In this document: piece after piece, positions 60,737-64,000 of the stretch
How positions within the stretch are numbered: position 1 is the first letter of the stretch
How the letters are laid out: the number at the start of each line of letters is the position of its first letter
Assembly (NCBI GenBank): GCA_965222615.1
Contig: CBDCUI010000007.1
Span: 320,001 to 384,000 of the forward strand
From: Gammaproteobacteria bacterium
GTDB lineage: Bacteria > Pseudomonadota > Gammaproteobacteria > UBA4575
Reading direction: 5' to 3'
Length of the DNA: 64,000 nucleotides
Translations under genes and position numbers: made by a program
The notes under the pieces: model-generated
The model's input: only the letters and a program-made list of their open reading frames with translations
Told to the model about the DNA's origin: nothing
Databases searched by the model: none

Positions 60737-61888
60737 ATGCATAACATTCCACTTTCGCTATACATACACATTCCTTGGTGTATCAAGAAATGTCCTTATT
60801 GTGACTTTAACTCGCATGAAGCTCGAACTTCTATTCCTGAAGCTAAATACATTGATGCATTAATCGCAGATCTGCAACAACTAGCTGATGAAATTAAAGT
60901 GCGTGAAATTATTAGTATATTTATTGGTGGTGGAACACCTAGCTTGTTTGCGGCTGCGAGCTTTCAACGCTTATTAATCTCCATCAATGACCAGTTAACT
61001 TTAGCTAATAATATTGAAATTACCATCGAAGCCAATCCTGGAACCTATGATCAAAAAAACTTTGCTGGATTTCGTGCGGCAGGAATAAATCGAATTTCCA
61101 TCGGCGTGCAAAGCTTTAATGATGCTCGGTTACGAGATCTAGGTCGTGTACATGATGCCAAAACTGCTATCGATAGCATACGTGCCGCGAAAAGTGCTGG
61201 TTTTGACAACATTAATATTGATCTAATGTATGCGCTTTCGAAGCAAACCATGCAAGAAGCACTTAATGATGTTGAGCAAGCGATTGCCTTCGCCCCTACT
61301 CATATTTCTTATTATCAACTTACTCTGGAGCCTAACACACATTTTTATCGACACCCACCAATCTTACCGAGCAATGACACTAGCTGGAATATGCAACAAC
61401 AAGCGCTGTCCTTGCTTACTCAGCACGGTTACCAACAATATGAGATATCTGCCTATGCAAAGACTGGGAAACAGTGCGTGCATAATCTTAATTATTGGCA
61501 ATATGGTGACTATATTGGTATTGGCGCTGGTGCACATCAAAAACTAAGTTACAAAGATGGCGCCATCCTGCGCAGTGAAAAACCCAAACATCCGCAGCAA
61601 TATATGCGTCATATACGCACGGGAGAGAACAACACCTCAATAGCGATTACAAATCCTGAAGATCTACAGTTCGAATTTCTTTTAAATGCACTACGTGTGA
61701 AACAAGGTTTTAACCGCACTCAATACGAACTACATACGGGACTAAGTTTTGACGCTCTATTATCCAACCTAGAACATTTGCAAGAAGAACAATTGCTATC
61801 AGCTCAAAACGACTTGGTGCGATGCACAGGGCGGGGATATCGATTCCTGGACGATGTACTACAACAACTTATGACAGAACCTGTTTGA
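60737..61888 (+). CDS. hemW: radical SAM heme chaperone HemW
   Basis: YIHIPWCIKKCPYCDFN, HNLNYW. Confidence 0.93.
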   Translation: MHNIPLSLYIHIPWCIKKCPYCDFNSHEARTSIPEAKYIDALIADLQQLADEIKVREIISIFIGGGTPSLFAAASFQRLLISINDQLTLANNIEITIEANPGTYDQKNFAGFRAAGINRISIGVQSFNDARLRDLGRVHDAKTAIDSIRAAKSAGFDNINIDLMYALSKQTMQEALNDVEQAIAFAPTHISYYQLTLEPNTHFYRHPPILPSNDTSWNMQQQALSLLTQHGYQQYEISAYAKTGKQCVHNLNYWQYGDYIGIGAGAHQKLSYKDGAILRSEKPKHPQQYMRHIRTGENNTSIAITNPEDLQFEFLLNALRVKQGFNRTQYELHTGLSFDALLSNLEHLQEEQLLSAQNDLVRCTGRGYRFLDDVLQQLMTEPV

Positions 61889-61891
61889 CTC

Positions 61892-62095
61892 ATGTCTATG
61901 CATGATTGTTTAAACGCCGTACTTATAACCTGTCCCTATTGTGGCGAAAGACTTGAAATCCTGGTCGACTGCAGTGCCGGTAATCAAAATTATATCGAAG
62001 ACTGCCAAATTTGCTGTGCGCCCATCGAAATCGCACTTGAGGTAACCCTATCTGGTGAATACGTGGCCACTCACGTCAAACGTGACATGGATTAG
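61892..62095 (+). CDS. CPXCG-motif cysteine-rich protein
   Basis: CPYCGE...YIEDCQICCAPI. Confidence 0.85.
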   Translation: MSMHDCLNAVLITCPYCGERLEILVDCSAGNQNYIEDCQICCAPIEIALEVTLSGEYVATHVKRDMD

Positions 62096-62314
62096 ATTGG
62101 TTATGCCTTTACATAATATCTTGTGTTTTTCAGTTGGGTTATACACAAGTGTAATAATTTTGAAGAGAAACCATACAATTTCTGACTAAATCTTCGCCAA
62201 TTTCATAGGGCTGCAAATAAATTCAATTAAAACAAGTACTTAAATACTTGTACAGTTTTTAAGCGATTTAACAAAAGTGTCAAATTTCTCGCATTTTGTC
62301 GCTGAGCATTTGAA

Positions 62315-62373
62315 CTATTCACAGTTTTATCCACAGATTTTGTGGATAAGTAGTAAACCGCATCTGTGGACAA
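62315..62373. promoter_or_regulatory. DnaA-box cluster (DARS-like)
   Basis: CTATTCACA, TTATCCACA, TGTGGATAA, TGTGGACAA. Confidence 0.65.
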
Positions 62374-62501
62374 TCACTTATAGGACACTAGTCATAAAGC
62401 TTTTAAAGGACAGTGGCTAACTGGGATTGGTGCTGACCTACTTGAGTTGCTAAGCTGGGTTCAGTATGATCCGCGGGCTTTTTAAAGTTGGCCAAAACCA
62501 A

Positions 62502-62711
62502 ATGAAACCAAACATTCATCCTGAATATCAAGACGTAAGCGTCACCTGCAGTTGTGGCAACACCTTCACCACACGCTCGACTTATGGATCCGAATCGATG
62601 CACATCGATGTATGCTCACAATGTCATCCATTCTTCACGGGTAAGCAAAAAATCGTTGATACTGCGGGTCAGGTGGATAAATTCCGCAAGCGCTACGGCA
62701 ATAAACGCTAA
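62502..62711 (+). CDS. rpmE: 50S ribosomal protein L31
   Basis: [23 protein letters not shown]. Confidence 0.97.
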   Translation: MKPNIHPEYQDVSVTCSCGNTFTTRSTYGSESMHIDVCSQCHPFFTGKQKIVDTAGQVDKFRKRYGNKR

Positions 62712-62722
62712 GCAATAAAAAG

Positions 62723-63508
62723 ATGCTGCGAGCATGCCTCGCTTTTTTTCTGTGCTGCATTACAGCAACATTCAGTGCGTGCATTGCTGCTGAAGACATT
62801 TGTACGCCCACTCGTATCCACGCAAACGCTTTAGTCACCCATGTTTACGATGGCGATACCCTACATTTAAACGATGGGTCCAAGCTACGTTTGATTGGTA
62901 TTAACACACCTGAATTTCATCCAAGCCTTCAACCAGGTGCAGCACAAGCCCGTACACAACTCGACCTATTGCTAAAAGCACATCACTATCGTATCGATAT
63001 TCAATTTGATGCCATTAAAACAGATCGCTATGGGCGAATGCTTGCGCATGTGTTTTTAAAAGACGGCACGAATATCACGGCTTGGTTATTACAACATGGG
63101 CTAGGTCATTGGATTGCAGTAGGAAAGAATTTAACGCACTTATCCTGCTATCGTGAAGCCGAACAATATGCCCGCAAAAAACACCTAAATTTATGGGGAA
63201 GATTACCGAGTAACTTTGTACGGGCAGAAGACTTAAACCCTACGAGCAAGGGTTTTTACGTCATTACTGGTGAGCTTACTCGTGTATTTGAGACCGATTT
63301 ATCCGTTTGGCTTGAACTCACTCCTAGACTGCGTTTACGCTTGGATAAGCGAAATTACGGAAACTTTTCACGTCGCGACTACGTCCAAAAGATAGGTGGC
63401 ACACTTATGACACGTGGATGGGTTTATACTAATCAGGACAAGCTGACAATGAAAGTTAGTCACCCGGATCTTATACAATTCGAACCAACTTTGAGTGATG
63501 GAAATTAA
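62723..63508 (+). CDS. thermonuclease (SNase) family protein
   Basis: DGDT, RLIGINTPE, DRYGRMLA. Confidence 0.9.
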   Translation: MLRACLAFFLCCITATFSACIAAEDICTPTRIHANALVTHVYDGDTLHLNDGSKLRLIGINTPEFHPSLQPGAAQARTQLDLLLKAHHYRIDIQFDAIKTDRYGRMLAHVFLKDGTNITAWLLQHGLGHWIAVGKNLTHLSCYREAEQYARKKHLNLWGRLPSNFVRAEDLNPTSKGFYVITGELTRVFETDLSVWLELTPRLRLRLDKRNYGNFSRRDYVQKIGGTLMTRGWVYTNQDKLTMKVSHPDLIQFEPTLSDGN

Positions 63509-63510
63509 AC

Positions 63511-64000
63511 ATGGGCAAACAAATTCAACTACTACTCTTTAGCTTTTTTCTATTAGGTAGCTTCTTCTTTTCTGGCTGCGCGACTAATCCGGTCAGTGGT
63601 AAACAAGATTTTGTACTGATGTCTGAAGCCCAAGAAATCAATCTCGGCAAACAAGCTCACCAACAAGTGATGAAACAGTATCGACCTTACAACGATCCCG
63701 CATTACAAAGTTATGTTGAAGGAATTGTTGAGGAACTAGGTCAACAGAGTCATCGAGATAATCTCATTTATCATGTTACCGTATTAGATAGTCCACAAGT
63801 TAATGCCTTTGCGCTTCCTGGAGGTTACCTATATATCACGCGCGGCATCATGGCCTACATGAACTCCGAGGCAGAACTCGCTGGCGTGTTGGGGCATGAA
63901 ATCGGGCACATCACTGCACGCCATGGTGTACGTCAACAAAGTGCTGGTACGGTCGCCGGACTTTTGGGCGTGGGAGTAGGCATTCTCACTGGTAGTCGAG
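63511..64000 (+). CDS. M48 metallopeptidase lipoprotein (runs off the window)
   Basis: SGCATNPVSG, VNAFALPGG, LGHEIGH. Confidence 0.9.
   Translation, partial: MGKQIQLLLFSFFLLGSFFFSGCATNPVSGKQDFVLMSEAQEINLGKQAHQQVMKQYRPYNDPALQSYVEGIVEELGQQSHRDNLIYHVTVLDSPQVNAFALPGGYLYITRGIMAYMNSEAELAGVLGHEIGHITARHGVRQQSAGTVAGLLGVGVGILTGSR

Noticed and set aside
62100-62460. oriC
   Set aside because: Few boxes, no obvious unwinding-element repeats, no dnaA/gidA context

Overview
Gammaproteobacterial chromosome window with three parts. (1) 1-21.4 kb is AT-rich accessory cargo: a phosphotransferase/glycosyltransferase/deacetylase/AlgE-type export cluster, a CusCBA-type metal efflux system and small regulatory modules. 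(2) 21.5-31.4 kb is the most interesting part, one minus-strand unit. A stable-RNA-type promoter is followed by a leaderless 58-codon ORF using all 20 amino acids, then an attenuator-like terminator and boxA, then 27 tRNA genes covering all 20 amino acids (several structurally atypical). The array holds a ~860-nt GOLLD-like RNA with an embedded tRNA and is bracketed by a perfect 24-bp inverted repeat. Downstream lie an HNH nuclease, a second structured RNA region, SPFH and PcfJ-like genes, a small SEC-C gene that seems to need two +1 frameshifts at Phe codons, and rtcB. I read this as a translation-failure-inducible backup tRNA and RNA-repair system (inference). (3) 33.3-48.1 kb is a ~14.7-kb integrative island in tRNA-Phe (47-bp att repeats, two tyrosine recombinases, two large helicase-nuclease genes), followed by housekeeping genes (yggX, mutY, asmA, moaC, moaD, degQ, cbpA, hsp20, yicC, rph, rdgB, hemW, rpmE). 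All calls were made by eye with no database searches, so family names are motif recognition and coordinates may be off by a few bases.
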